DNA of 64,000 nt from Nitrososphaeria archaeon (GCA_050011875.1 JBEKIG010000002.1:1-64000); one strand, 5' to 3'; positions 1 to 9,763 are shown, counted from the stretch's first letter. Made by a program: numbers and translations. The notes: generated from the letters alone by a model not told the origin.

Positions 1-466
1 AATTGTAAATCGTCACGTTAAGCTCGCCGAAGTTTGTTATGGAAAGGTGTGAGGTGTTATTAATGTTTGTCATCGTGATAAAGTAGTTGAATGTGTCGCC
101 TGCCTTGAAGAAGGGTGTGTAGGTCACGTTAAGCATGATACCGTTTTCTATAACCCATGTAGAAACCAGAACATCGCCTGCTTTTGCTACAAAGGGGAAC
201 CAGTATGGGAAGCTTGTCGTGAACGCTGTCGTGAGTGAGGTGGTTCGATAGAACTGGTTCGTAATGTAGCGTGTGACAGATTCGGTTTCCGTAATGGTCG
301 TAGTCACGTTCGATATAGTGGTTGCCGTAGTTGTGAAAGTTGTTGAACTTGTTATAGTAGTTGAAGTTGGACCTTTTACCAGTTCAAAGGTAGATATGGA
401 ACCGAAGATGACTATAATAACAGCAAAAGCAGCCAGCAGCAGATTCTGTTTCTTCACAGTTGGCAT
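1..466 (-). CDS. Thr-rich membrane-anchored/secreted protein (runs off the window start)
   Basis: Not in the ORF track. Manual translation from ATG at 466 gives MPTVKKQNLLLAAFAVIIVIFGSISTFELVKGPTSTTITSSTTFTTT..., open to position 1: N-terminal hydrophobic helix then a Thr/Ser linker. Confidence 0.75.
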   Translation of the reverse strand, partial: MPTVKKQNLLLAAFAVIIVIFGSISTFELVKGPTSTTITSSTTFTTTATTISNVTTTITETESVTRYITNQFYRTTSLTTAFTTSFPYWFPFVAKAGDVLVSTWVIENGIMLNVTYTPFFKAGDTFNYFITMTNINNTSHLSITNFGELNVTIYN

Positions 467-474
467 TGTTAGCC

Positions 475-1080
475 TCACTCGCTGACCAGAAGGTAGAATC
501 CTGCAGCGACAGGCTGGTCTATCACCTGATCACCCAACCCATATTCCGCTGGAGCGTACATTACTCCTGCCGTCGGGTTGCTGTGGTTCGTGAAGGCTAT
601 GGATGTTATAACCATTGTAGCACAGTATCCTGCACCTGTTACCTCCGAGGTCCCATCTGGGAAGGTGACTTTGACGTAGTATACCACACAGCCTGTAAGA
701 GATTCGTTGAGTGGTTCACTGTAGAATGTGACGCCCTTAAAGGTGACCGACGTCCCCGCTGGGAAGCCCGCCATCCTCTTGTAATCAAAAAAGTATGCAT
801 TCGTTCTATTGGGGAAACCAATTTTAATCACGCCTTCGTTTGGCACGTTTGGTACGGTCGCGGTGACGGTTATTATGGAGGTTGTAATCCCCGTTTCTGT
901 AGATGTCGCAACAGTAAAAGTTGTAGACGGTGGCAATGTCACCGTGGTAGTGGAGGTGGTCTGGCTTAAGCTTTTCACCTGCTGAACTTGAACAAACTCG
1001 TAAGCGGACAGGGAACCGAATATTAACGTTAACACTACAAAAGTGACCAACAACACGTTTCTTACCTTTATAGACGACAT
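475..1080 (-). CDS. Secreted/membrane-anchored protein with Thr-rich linker and 2-Cys C-terminal domain
   Basis: N-terminal TM, TTSTTT linker; C-terminal domain similar to 2401..2913 (VTFPDG, H.NP.AG, final Y/F.LVS). Confidence 0.75.
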   Translation of the reverse strand: MSSIKVRNVLLVTFVVLTLIFGSLSAYEFVQVQQVKSLSQTTSTTTVTLPPSTTFTVATSTETGITTSIITVTATVPNVPNEGVIKIGFPNRTNAYFFDYKRMAGFPAGTSVTFKGVTFYSEPLNESLTGCVVYYVKVTFPDGTSEVTGAGYCATMVITSIAFTNHSNPTAGVMYAPAEYGLGDQVIDQPVAAGFYLLVSE

Positions 1081-1084
1081 TATC

Positions 1085-1507
1085 TTACACCTTCTTCAAA
1101 GCTCTAACCACTTCATACAGTGATGTTGCAACCCCTACCAAGCACACCACTAAAGCGAAACCATATGTGGACGTTATCTGAGGCGGCCTCAGATAGGTCA
1201 GAAAGATCAGGAATGCTACAGCGAAGAACGCCATGTACGCCATCTGGAAAGGTATAAGCGTCCTCCTCACTCTGACCATGTTCTCAAAAACAACCTTGTC
1301 CACCACGTAGCCTTTGTCCTGCTCTCTGATGAGCCCAGCTTGGAGAAGCTTGTTGACGTGATATGATGCAACGGATGAGGAGCTGAACCCAAGGCCCTCC
1401 TGCACGTCGCTGACCCCTACAGGCTTTCCCTCCTTGAATATGAAACGGTAAACTCTGAGAGTTGTACCCCTCAAAAGTTTTGCTTCATCCTCTCCCCTCA
1501 CACTCAA
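1085..1507 (-). CDS. Membrane-anchored winged-helix transcriptional regulator
   Basis: wHTH motif (VGVSDVQEGLGFSSSSVASYHVNKLLQAGLI) followed by two C-terminal hydrophobic helices. Confidence 0.8.
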   Translation of the reverse strand: MSVRGEDEAKLLRGTTLRVYRFIFKEGKPVGVSDVQEGLGFSSSSVASYHVNKLLQAGLIREQDKGYVVDKVVFENMVRVRRTLIPFQMAYMAFFAVAFLIFLTYLRPPQITSTYGFALVVCLVGVATSLYEVVRALKKV

Positions 1508-1554
1508 CGGTTTTCAACCTTATGGTAAACGATAACGTATTAAGTCTTACCAAA

Positions 1555-1591
1555 TTCTAAAATTAGAAAAACGCTTTCTAAAATTAGAAAA
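1555..1591. promoter_or_regulatory. Tandem palindromic operator (2 x TTCTAAAATTAGAAAA)
   Basis: Identical 16-mers at 1555-1570 and 1576-1591, each containing TTCTAA-AA-TTAGAA, in the divergent intergenic region. Confidence 0.7.
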
Positions 1592-1648
1592 CAGCTCTTT
1601 CCCGTCTTTCTATTAATAGCGCTATATCCAAGTCAAAGTATACCGCTG

Positions 1649-2383
1649 ATGAACATAATGTCAGAATATAAAAGGCAGATAGTTGTAGGAGTTTTCGTAG
1701 CTGCCGTATTAGCGTTGGCTCTGGCAGGTGGAGCAATTTACCTTCTTCCACCGCAGCCCACGCAGACAACCTCCACAACATCTACCAGTTCTACAACTAC
1801 AATTACACATTTGGTTCCTACCACTACAGCTACAAGCACAGCTACAACAACTTACAGTGGTCCAAGTACTACTACACAGTTAACTTCGTTTAGTACGACA
1901 TCGTCGACTTCGTTTGGCACGACGTCTACAACATCTATTACAGCTCTTAATGTTACAACTATTACATCTACTGCAACTATTGGTTCTACGACTACGACTG
2001 GACCTATTGTAACTGTTACTGTGACAGAACAAGTTGGTACAGCGACTGCGACCGTGACAACAACTGAGACACAAGGCCAAACAACAACTGTAACCGCAAC
2101 CACAACAGTTACGAGCATAGAAAGGCTTGAGATAACAAATGTGACCTCCGTCAGCCCGACTCAGGTGGTTGTTAGTGCCATGAACACCGGGAGCACAGAC
2201 CAGACCATTACAGGCATACTCGTAAACGGAAACCCCCTTTCAAGCGTGAACGGCGGCGCTTCAAACCCAAGCCTACCTATCAAAGTAGCAGTGAATACAT
2301 CGCTAACCATCAACCTAACCTTCAGCTCTCCACTATCATCAAACACAATATATTTTGTAACAATTCAAACCAGCTCAAGCTGA
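1649..2383 (+). CDS. Thr-rich membrane-anchored surface protein with C-terminal beta-rich domain
   Basis: N-terminal TM, long Thr/Ser low-complexity stalk, beta-rich C-terminal domain; start may be Met at 1658. Confidence 0.75.
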   Translation: MNIMSEYKRQIVVGVFVAAVLALALAGGAIYLLPPQPTQTTSTTSTSSTTTITHLVPTTTATSTATTTYSGPSTTTQLTSFSTTSSTSFGTTSTTSITALNVTTITSTATIGSTTTTGPIVTVTVTEQVGTATATVTTTETQGQTTTVTATTTVTSIERLEITNVTSVSPTQVVVSAMNTGSTDQTITGILVNGNPLSSVNGGASNPSLPIKVAVNTSLTINLTFSSPLSSNTIYFVTIQTSSS

Positions 2384-2400
2384 TCTAAAGGTGTAGTGAT

Positions 2401-2913
2401 ATGGTCAAACAGTCGGTCGATAAAAGCTCCTATAAGATAGCTTTTGTCGCCCTTATAGTTACAGCTGTAGTTATTGGAAGTATAATCTACTTTAACCCAA
2501 CATTATTCAGAAGTTCAGCGAGCACTTCAACTGTTTCCACGAGCTCGTCAAACACTATATTGCAGACTGTAACGGTTCGGTTGCTTTTGCATAAGGGCCT
2601 GATAACGATAGGGGACACAACTTACTCATATATGGAGTGGAACGATTCAACCCCCAACACGTTCACCTTCAATAATGTAACATTCACACTTCAGGCTAAT
2701 ACAAACGTGACCTATTCTGGGGGAAACTGTTACCCTACTTATGGAAAATATATTGTTACCTTTCCAGACGGTTCCTCTCAAAGTCTGTCAACCTGCCTAT
2801 CCGCCGGCCCAAACCCACCCTCAGCTATCTACTTTATATCGCACAAGAACCCGCAAGCTGGCCTATTAATATCTGCCGTGAATGGTGCAGTCTACTTTTT
2901 GGTCAGCATCTAA
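2401..2913 (+). CDS. Secreted/membrane-anchored protein, paralog of 475..1080
   Basis: TFNNVTF...C...YIVTFPDGSSQSL.TC...FISHKNPQAGL...YFLVS aligns by eye with 475..1080. Confidence 0.75.
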   Translation: MVKQSVDKSSYKIAFVALIVTAVVIGSIIYFNPTLFRSSASTSTVSTSSSNTILQTVTVRLLLHKGLITIGDTTYSYMEWNDSTPNTFTFNNVTFTLQANTNVTYSGGNCYPTYGKYIVTFPDGSSQSLSTCLSAGPNPPSAIYFISHKNPQAGLLISAVNGAVYFLVSI

Positions 2914-3311
2914 AAGGGAAACTAACAAATCGTTATGAAAAGGACTCGAACCCATTTAGGTATGAATCCCACCCGGTCCACTCAATATGCATTCTAGTTA
3001 CTGCTACATTATGCTATTATTAATAGTCTGGAGTTTGAGCCTAATTATTTGTGTTAATACCCGGCCCTCGGCACTATTTTTAGACAAGTTTACCTTGAGT
3101 TTTGATGGTTTTCTGGGCATGAGCACAAACCCTCAAAAACTTGATGTTAACTTTGTTCCCAAAAAATACAATTGAAGTTGTGGACACATACTAAACGAGA
3201 AGGTACGAAGACTAACTACCTTAACTATCTTCCTATAACATTTAATTCATATTGCTTTATCCACTCCTTACTGCAATAAAAAAAGGAGGAAGTTGTGCTT
3301 TTAATTAACAT

Positions 3312-3461
3312 TTACTTCTTTTTTGTCATCCTTTTTCCGCAGCACGTCAGCGGTTCACAGACTGGGCACGATTCTTCGGTGCACCCTTTGGTCACAGTTA
3401 CTTCGATGTTGCATTTAGGATCACTACAGACATAAACGTCGCCTTTCTTATAAGCTACCAT
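3312..3461 (-). CDS. 49-aa Cys-rich desulforedoxin-like metal-binding microprotein
   Basis: Manual translation MVAYKKGDVYVCSDPKCNIEVTVTKGCTEESCPVCEPLTCCGKRMTKKK; desulforedoxin-type Y.C...C..EV.V...L.CCG..M pattern; below the ORF-track size cutoff. Confidence 0.75.
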   Translation of the reverse strand: MVAYKKGDVYVCSDPKCNIEVTVTKGCTEESCPVCEPLTCCGKRMTKKK

Positions 3462-3579
3462 AGCATACAATTTTTATCTGGTTAATTATAAAGCTTTCCT
3501 TTCACAAACAATTGATTATAATAAGATATTATAAAGTTATGCTTAAATAGGCTTTATCCCTATAATTTATTGTGATTCT

Positions 3580-4110
3580 ATGATAGAAATAGATGAGCTG
3601 GCTCCAGATTTCACCGCAGACACAACAAAGGGAAGGCTGTCCATATCTGATTTCAGACACAGATGGGTCGTTCTCTTTGCCTATCCAGCTGATTTCACCC
3701 CCATTTGCGAAGCGGATATCTTAGGTTTCGCGAAGCAGAAGCGGAAATTTGACAGACTGGAAGTCCAATTCATAGGATGGAGTGTCGACTCAATTGAAAC
3801 GCACAACAGATGGCTCAAGGATATAAAGGAAAAGACCGGGGTGGACGTTGAGTACCCATTGATCGCTGATTTAGGGGGGAAAATAGCAAAGACCTACGGC
3901 ATACTCCATAAGACAAGGGGGATTCTCTATAGAGGACTTTTTGTAATCGACCCCGACGGTGTCTTAAAGTTTGCTGCAACTTATCCTTTGGAGGTCGGAA
4001 GAAGCACTAAGGAAGTTGAAAGAATAATTAAGGTTTTACAGAGGGCAAGGGAACTCGGCAATCTAACTGAGTTGGAAAGAGCAAAAGAATTAAGTAAATA
4101 TAACGAATAA
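3580..4110 (+). CDS. Peroxiredoxin (AhpC/TSA, single Cys)
   Basis: YPADFTPICE peroxidatic motif, SVDS..TH..W, FVIDPDG, GR..E. Confidence 0.9.
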   Translation: MIEIDELAPDFTADTTKGRLSISDFRHRWVVLFAYPADFTPICEADILGFAKQKRKFDRLEVQFIGWSVDSIETHNRWLKDIKEKTGVDVEYPLIADLGGKIAKTYGILHKTRGILYRGLFVIDPDGVLKFAATYPLEVGRSTKEVERIIKVLQRARELGNLTELERAKELSKYNE

Positions 4111-4367
4111 AAACAGATGTATTGTTTAATTAAATTTACATCAACGATGTAGCTATATCGGTCCGATCAGGTTCTCCTAAAAAACCATATGAAATATCAG
4201 TTGAAAATACTGTGAAATGAAAACAGCTAAGACTTGACCTAACTCTAGGTTGGAAAGAAACAGGCAGAGAAAAAGTTTAGCGTTGGGCTGTTGTTGCAGA
4301 GATCAAACGAGTTTGGACTGAAGGAGCTAAAAGCGCGCGTGAAGTCACTCATCTGCCTTAATCGCGT

Positions 4368-5258
4368 TTATTCCCTGAAAATCAGACGGGAAAGCTTCTG
4401 GGGTCTGATCCTTTGATAGACGAACCTAACAAACAAGTAAATGATGAATACGATGCTTGTTATGAAGAAGCTCACCGGGTATGGCTCATAAAAAGAAACA
4501 AAGAGCCCCAACCACGTTGCTATCAGAGCAATGGCTACAGAAATAATTATGACCTGCTGCGGTCGTTTTGCCAATTGATGAGCGGTCGCAGCTGGCGTCA
4601 CCATCAGTGAGAAGATGAGAAGGACGCCAACAACTTGGACCGCAATCGACGTCGCGACTGCGACCAGGAGCATGAAAATTATGTCGAGCAAAAGTATGGG
4701 CATTCCTTTTGCTTCTGCCACGTCTTCATCGAGCGATGCGAACAGGAGCGGTCGATATACGGCCGCGACGAGAGCCAGAATTATCAAACTGGCAACGATG
4801 GTCAGAAGGACGTCGTTGAAGCTGATGCCAAGTATTTCTCCGAACAAGATGGAGTACGCCTCGGTTGCATAGCCGGTGTATAGGCTGATGAACAACACGC
4901 CTATGCCGAGCATGAATGCTAGAACTGTTCCGATCTGGACGTCACGATGGGCTGAGTGCGGGCCAAGCACGGCTATCCCAAGTCCGCCGACGCTTGTGAA
5001 CAGGAGAAGACCGAAAACTGGGCTGATTCCGAATAATACGGCCCCCGCTGCCCCAGAGAAACCGATGTGAGAGAGGGCGTGCGCTGCGAATGACGAACGA
5101 CGCAACACAACGAAAAAGCCTACAATGCCTGCGATGATTGCGACTACTGTTCCTGCCTCGAAGGCATGCTGCATGAACTGGTAATGGAATATCTGCTGCA
5201 GGTCGGCCAAAAGATTGATGTTGAAGGACATTCTATTGATCACCGTGGACATCTTCAA
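4368..5258 (-). CDS. znuB: Zn/Mn ABC transporter permease (start may be a few codons downstream)
   Basis: AHALSH..F.GAA, LFGEILG, VGVLL...L..PAATA motifs of ABC-3 permeases. Confidence 0.85.
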   Translation of the reverse strand: MKMSTVINRMSFNINLLADLQQIFHYQFMQHAFEAGTVVAIIAGIVGFFVVLRRSSFAAHALSHIGFSGAAGAVLFGISPVFGLLLFTSVGGLGIAVLGPHSAHRDVQIGTVLAFMLGIGVLFISLYTGYATEAYSILFGEILGISFNDVLLTIVASLIILALVAAVYRPLLFASLDEDVAEAKGMPILLLDIIFMLLVAVATSIAVQVVGVLLIFSLMVTPAATAHQLAKRPQQVIIISVAIALIATWLGLFVSFYEPYPVSFFITSIVFIIYLFVRFVYQRIRPQKLSRLIFRE

Positions 5259-6024
5259 TACCTATGACTGCAATGTTGCCCTTAGAGTCTCGAAGGACCT
5301 CAACGTGAACTCCGAATAATGCCGTGAGACACTCTGACGTCAGGACCTCTTGCGGTGTCCCGGTCGCAACCTTGCCGTTGGCTATGTATACAACCTTATC
5401 GAGAAACGGCAGAAGAGGGTTGATGTTATGGGCTATCAGCAGTGCAGTCACGTTACGCGATCGAACCACACCACTTATAAGTTGCACCAATTCTTTCTCG
5501 CGCCTCATGTCAAGATTCGACAACGGCTCATCGAGCAACAGTACGGCAGGGTTGCTTACTAGCGCCTCGGCCAGAAATATCCTCTGCAGTTCTCCGCCTG
5601 ATAACACGCCGAGGGAGCGATGGGCCAAATCTGTCGCACCAACGGCTTCCAGTACGTCGAGAGCGGCTTTGCGGTCATTTTGGGAGTATAGGCCCAGACC
5701 CCATTGTTTGCCAGAAATTCCCAGTCGCACAAGTTCAAGGGACTCTACATTTGTTTCACGGTCGATTATGTGACGCTGAGGCACGTAACCAATCTGCGGA
5801 TTGCCACGCTTGGGCGCTGCATTGAATATCTTGATCGTGCCGCTGACGGGTTGCTGCAACCCAAGGAGCAAACGAAACAGAGTTGTCTTGCCCGCTCCGT
5901 TAGGGCCGATAACCGCTACAAACTCGCCGCGATCGATGGTGAAACTGGCGTCTCGCCAAACTATGTTGTCCGGGTAGCCGGCAACCAGATTCTTGGAAGT
6001 GATGATCTCGGACTGTGTGCTCAT
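5233..6024 (-). CDS. znuC: Zn/Mn ABC transporter ATPase
   Basis: Walker A GPNGAGKTT, IGYVPQ, LSGGELQR, LLLDEP. Confidence 0.9.
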   Translation of the reverse strand: MSTQSEIITSKNLVAGYPDNIVWRDASFTIDRGEFVAVIGPNGAGKTTLFRLLLGLQQPVSGTIKIFNAAPKRGNPQIGYVPQRHIIDRETNVESLELVRLGISGKQWGLGLYSQNDRKAALDVLEAVGATDLAHRSLGVLSGGELQRIFLAEALVSNPAVLLLDEPLSNLDMRREKELVQLISGVVRSRNVTALLIAHNINPLLPFLDKVVYIANGKVATGTPQEVLTSECLTALFGVHVEVLRDSKGNIAVIGIEDVHGDQ

Positions 6025-6027
6025 TCG

Positions 6028-6969
6028 TTATTTCCCCAGGGCAAGTGCGTTTTGAAGAGCGAGTAACTGCGAATTCATCCAGTCTTGGAACGTGGCATCC
6101 GGCGGCTGTATGGTCTCCGTCACTCCAACGATCTGAATGCCTTGTTGAGAGGCTTGTGCCCTGATGTTCTGCGTAAGCGGCGTCACCGTTTGTTCATTGT
6201 ATACCAGCACCGTAATAGTTTCATTCTGAATAAGCTGCTGGAACTGCACGATGCTCTGTGCCGGGGGGTCGTTTCCTTCGGAGACGGCTTCCATGAATGC
6301 AGGAGGGGAGACGAGGTCGAGACCGGTGGCGTTCGCCAGATACACGAAGATGCTCTCTGTAGATGCTACTTTCGCGCCTCCGAACTGTTGCTTTATCTCG
6401 TCGATTCGCGCGTTGTATACCCCAAGCGATGCGTTCAATGCAACATACTGCTGTTTATAGTATGCAGCGTTGGTCGGATCTACGGAAACAAGGTCTTGGT
6501 ACATCGCCTTCACTGTATCATTCACATAATAAGGACTGTACCAAAAGTGAGGGTTGACACCAACTGACTGGTTGATGAGTTCTTGCACGTTCAATACTAT
6601 TTGATGTGGAGTACTGCTTGCTGCAATAAGCTTTAGAGCCCATTCATCATACCCGGCTCCGTTGACGATTACTAAGCTGGCATTTGCAATTGCTTTGGCG
6701 TCAGTACTATTGCTTTCGTATTCGTGAGGATCAGCATTTGGGTCTGAAACGATGCTCAGCACATTGATATGTGTTCCACCGAGCTGGGATATCAGACTGC
6801 CCCAGAAATTTTCAGCGGCGACTACTTGTATCTTTGAATTAGAATTTGAACTGGAACTTGTAGTAGTACCAGAAGTTGTATGTTTTGAGAGATACAAGCT
6901 TGCGAAGGCTCCTGCCACAATTAACACAAACAAAACTGTTGCAGTAATTACATAGGTAGTTTTCAGCAT
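6028..6969 (-). CDS. znuA: Zn/Mn ABC transporter substrate-binding protein
   Basis: DPHEYE and NPHFW metal-binding motifs, N-terminal anchor. Confidence 0.85.
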   Translation of the reverse strand: MLKTTYVITATVLFVLIVAGAFASLYLSKHTTSGTTTSSSSNSNSKIQVVAAENFWGSLISQLGGTHINVLSIVSDPNADPHEYESNSTDAKAIANASLVIVNGAGYDEWALKLIAASSTPHQIVLNVQELINQSVGVNPHFWYSPYYVNDTVKAMYQDLVSVDPTNAAYYKQQYVALNASLGVYNARIDEIKQQFGGAKVASTESIFVYLANATGLDLVSPPAFMEAVSEGNDPPAQSIVQFQQLIQNETITVLVYNEQTVTPLTQNIRAQASQQGIQIVGVTETIQPPDATFQDWMNSQLLALQNALALGK

Positions 6970-6990
6970 ACACTTAACCTTTCTAGTTAA

Positions 6991-7022
6991 AGTTATTAAG
7001 TTTTACTAATTTTTTAATAACT
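6991..7022. promoter_or_regulatory. Inverted repeat AGTTATTAA-N14-TTAATAACT, candidate NikR-family operator
   Basis: Perfect 9-bp arms with a 14-nt spacer immediately upstream of znuA; NikR-family gene is divergent. Confidence 0.5.
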
Positions 7023-7313
7023 ATCTTTTCCACCTCACACCACCAACACCTACAAAGAGCAGCAGACTGCTCTGTTGGATAAATGGAATTTCGAGTTTGC
7101 GAAAAGTAACGATCAACTCCATAAAGGAGAATAAACCTTGGAGACATTACGATTATCCCGTTTTCCAGCGAAACTTGTCAGCAATGTAGAAAATATGCTC
7201 ATATCGACATCACATATTTATTAGGATGAAAGCTGGAAAATAAATACTATAAAAAGTGTTTGAATAGATATTAATAATATATAATATATATTAATGAATA
7301 TTGAGGTTATGAT

Positions 7314-7715
7314 ATGAGCATAATAAGCATTTCATTACCTAAAGAACTGCTTAAAGAACTAGACTCCGTACTTGGTGAAGAACGGAATTCGACAAGGTCC
7401 AAGGTGCTTAGACAGGCTCTTCGAATGTATATCTCTGAATATAAAGAACTCGACAAGATTAAAGGCGATACGGTTGCAACGATAACCGTTCTATATGAGA
7501 AGATAGAAAAAAATGCAGAATTATTCCGACTGCAACATGAATTTAGTGACATGATCACAGCATACCTGCATTCGCATTTAACAGAGATGAGCTGCCTTGA
7601 GGTTATGGTTATAAAAGGCTCCTCTACGCGTTTAAAGAGTCTTGTAGACGGTCTCAAAGCGAATAAGCGCGTGAAAAAGATAAAAATTTCTATAATGACA
7701 ACAGGCGAATGTTAG
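7314..7715 (+). CDS. nikR: NikR-family ribbon-helix-helix metalloregulator
   Basis: IISISLP..LL.ELD RHH; metal ligands QH...LHSH....CLEV. Confidence 0.85.
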   Translation: MSIISISLPKELLKELDSVLGEERNSTRSKVLRQALRMYISEYKELDKIKGDTVATITVLYEKIEKNAELFRLQHEFSDMITAYLHSHLTEMSCLEVMVIKGSSTRLKSLVDGLKANKRVKKIKISIMTTGEC

Positions 7716-7758
7716 GTATGCTTAATTAAATTCAAGTTCACAACCATTAAGGGAGAAA

Positions 7759-8046
7759 GTGGAAGATGAGCTTCACCTGCCTTCCGATTCAAACATCTGC
7801 CTGAACTGTATCTTTTTTAAGAAGGATTCAATGTTCTGCACAAAGGGAGAGCTTGAGTCTTACCGAGCTTTTACAAAGATGGGTTGTCAATTCCACTTCC
7901 AAGGATCGTATATGATCCGCATAAGTCGACGATTCTACGATAAAACCGTTAAAGCAAGGAGAGAGCAATATCTTATAACGAAAACAGTTTCAATGTTTAA
8001 AGCTCAAAAGATAGTTAAAATTTTGCAAGACGGTAAAGAAGGGTAA
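7759..8046 (+). CDS. Hypothetical protein with Cys cluster
   Basis: Open 95-aa frame with CxxC...C...C; no recognised family. Confidence 0.35.
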   Translation: MEDELHLPSDSNICLNCIFFKKDSMFCTKGELESYRAFTKMGCQFHFQGSYMIRISRRFYDKTVKARREQYLITKTVSMFKAQKIVKILQDGKEG

Positions 8047-8388
8047 TTTCTTATACAGATAGCCAGGGGTAAATGTTCAAAAGATGGAAGGAAATGGGGT
8101 TAACCTCAAAATGCGTTAAGCAAAATGCTATCACAGTCAACATTCTTTCTAGCTATTAACCTACACCAAATCTTATGAAGATTAAATTTTCAGATCTTGA
8201 GACTTAATATCCTCTAGTTATTATTTCTTATAGCTTTTTTCATTTTATTTAGGTCGGCCAGCGTACGATTTATAAAAAATGCTGAAAAATCCGAAAAGTT
8301 TAAACTATCTCGAGTTAAATTTAACTTTGTGATAAATGAAGGCGCTGGAAGGACTTTAGTTAGCACGGCAAAAAAGGATTGATCCAAG

Positions 8389-8559
8389 ATGAAGAGAATG
8401 GTCGAGCCAAGAAAAAACTACCTGCAAAGATTTAACCGTCTGCTTGCAGTGCCGACGTTGGTTTTGTTCATAATCTTAACTATATCAGGATATGGCATAA
8501 CTAACTTGAATACGGTAACTAATTGTGCTGATGCAGTACATGGTGGTGTGAGAAGTTGA
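8389..8559 (+). CDS. Small membrane protein, possibly a truncated remnant
   Basis: MKRMVEPRKNYLQRFNRLLAVPTLVLFIILTISGYGIT...; stop overlaps the start of the next gene. Confidence 0.4.
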   Translation: MKRMVEPRKNYLQRFNRLLAVPTLVLFIILTISGYGITNLNTVTNCADAVHGGVRS

Positions 8560-9724
8560 AGAATTATAAAGCGATTGTCTTAGCAGGTTTTATAGTGATA
8601 TCTGCCCTGCTTACCTTCATGCCAGCAATGAAGCAGGCTGATGCTCAAACAGACATTGTATTACGAATTTACGGTGCCGTAAACAACCCTTTGAACCTCA
8701 CGTACGATCAGCTGCTTTCTTTTCCCATGGTTTCAGAGGTGGCAAGGCTAAAGTGTGTCGCAGGATACCCTGACGTCACCTACAACTGGACTGGAATACC
8801 GCTTTTTTATCTGTTGACCCTAGCTCAGATTAAGCCTGACGCTGACAAGGTCGTTACGATAAGTGGTTTAGACGGCTTTTCTTCGGACCTCCCTGTCGAA
8901 TACGCTTTGGAACCTACTACCCAGACAGCCAAACCGGGCTCAATAGACTAGTCGTCCCAGGAATGTATGGCTACAAATGGGTCAGTGGGGTCGACGAGAT
9001 AAATGTAACGACGAATAATGCTCTAGGGCTCTATGAGAGCGATGGATACCCCGATGAAGCCCTTGTGCCTGACTATGGGCCCATATATGCGTTGGCTCCT
9101 CCGCTGCAAACGTTCAATGTAACTTACGCAAACAGAACGTTCGGAGTTGATTCATTCACAAATGCTTCAATGACAAACGTCGTTTTTGATCCTTCCCAGA
9201 AAAAAATGGATGTGAGCATGACCGTTTTGAATGGAACATCGAGTTTTGTGGACTTCATATTTGAGCAAGGCTTTTTAAAAGGGCCATACAACGTAACGAT
9301 AGACGAAAAACCAGCAAGCGCGATTGAAGCTGACACAAACACGACTTCATACCTCTACATAACTCTTGCCGAAGGCTTTCACACTGTAAGCATATCAGGC
9401 ACAGTGTTATTGTATCCTGAAATAATACTGTACTACCAAGCATCAACATATGTTGGAAAGAGCGTAACATTTGATGCAAGCAAATCTGTAGACATAGGAA
9501 AAATAGTCTCTTACGGTTGGAGCTTCGGCGACGGGTCAATCACAAACGGAACCACAGCGGCAGTGGTGTCGCATTCTTATGAAAAACAAGGAACGTACCA
9601 AGTGGAACTCGAAGTAACAAACAATGAAGGCTTAAGCAGTTTCAAGACGGTTACGATAACCGTTACAATCCCGCCTGGGAACATTTTCTTCATCCTCATA
9701 GTCATTTTAGCAACAATTAACTAA
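8556..9724 (+). pseudogene. Secreted molybdopterin-binding oxidoreductase (sulfite oxidase/MsrP-like) + PKD domain, split by deletion/frameshift
   Basis: First part has G.V..PL.LTY..L and the Mo-ligand Cys (LKCV). RLVVPGMYGYKWV begins in another frame at about 8945, and the usual intervening segment appears missing. PKD motif (FDASKS.D...Y.W.FGDG...H.Y...G.Y.V.L.VT) near the C-terminus. Confidence 0.7.
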
Positions 9725-9763
9725 CTTTTTGCTATTTAACCTATTTAGTAGTCAATATAGTGG

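Noticed and set aside
1760-2120. ACN-rich quasi-repeats
   Set aside because: Explained by Thr-rich coding sequence, not a DNA repeat array.
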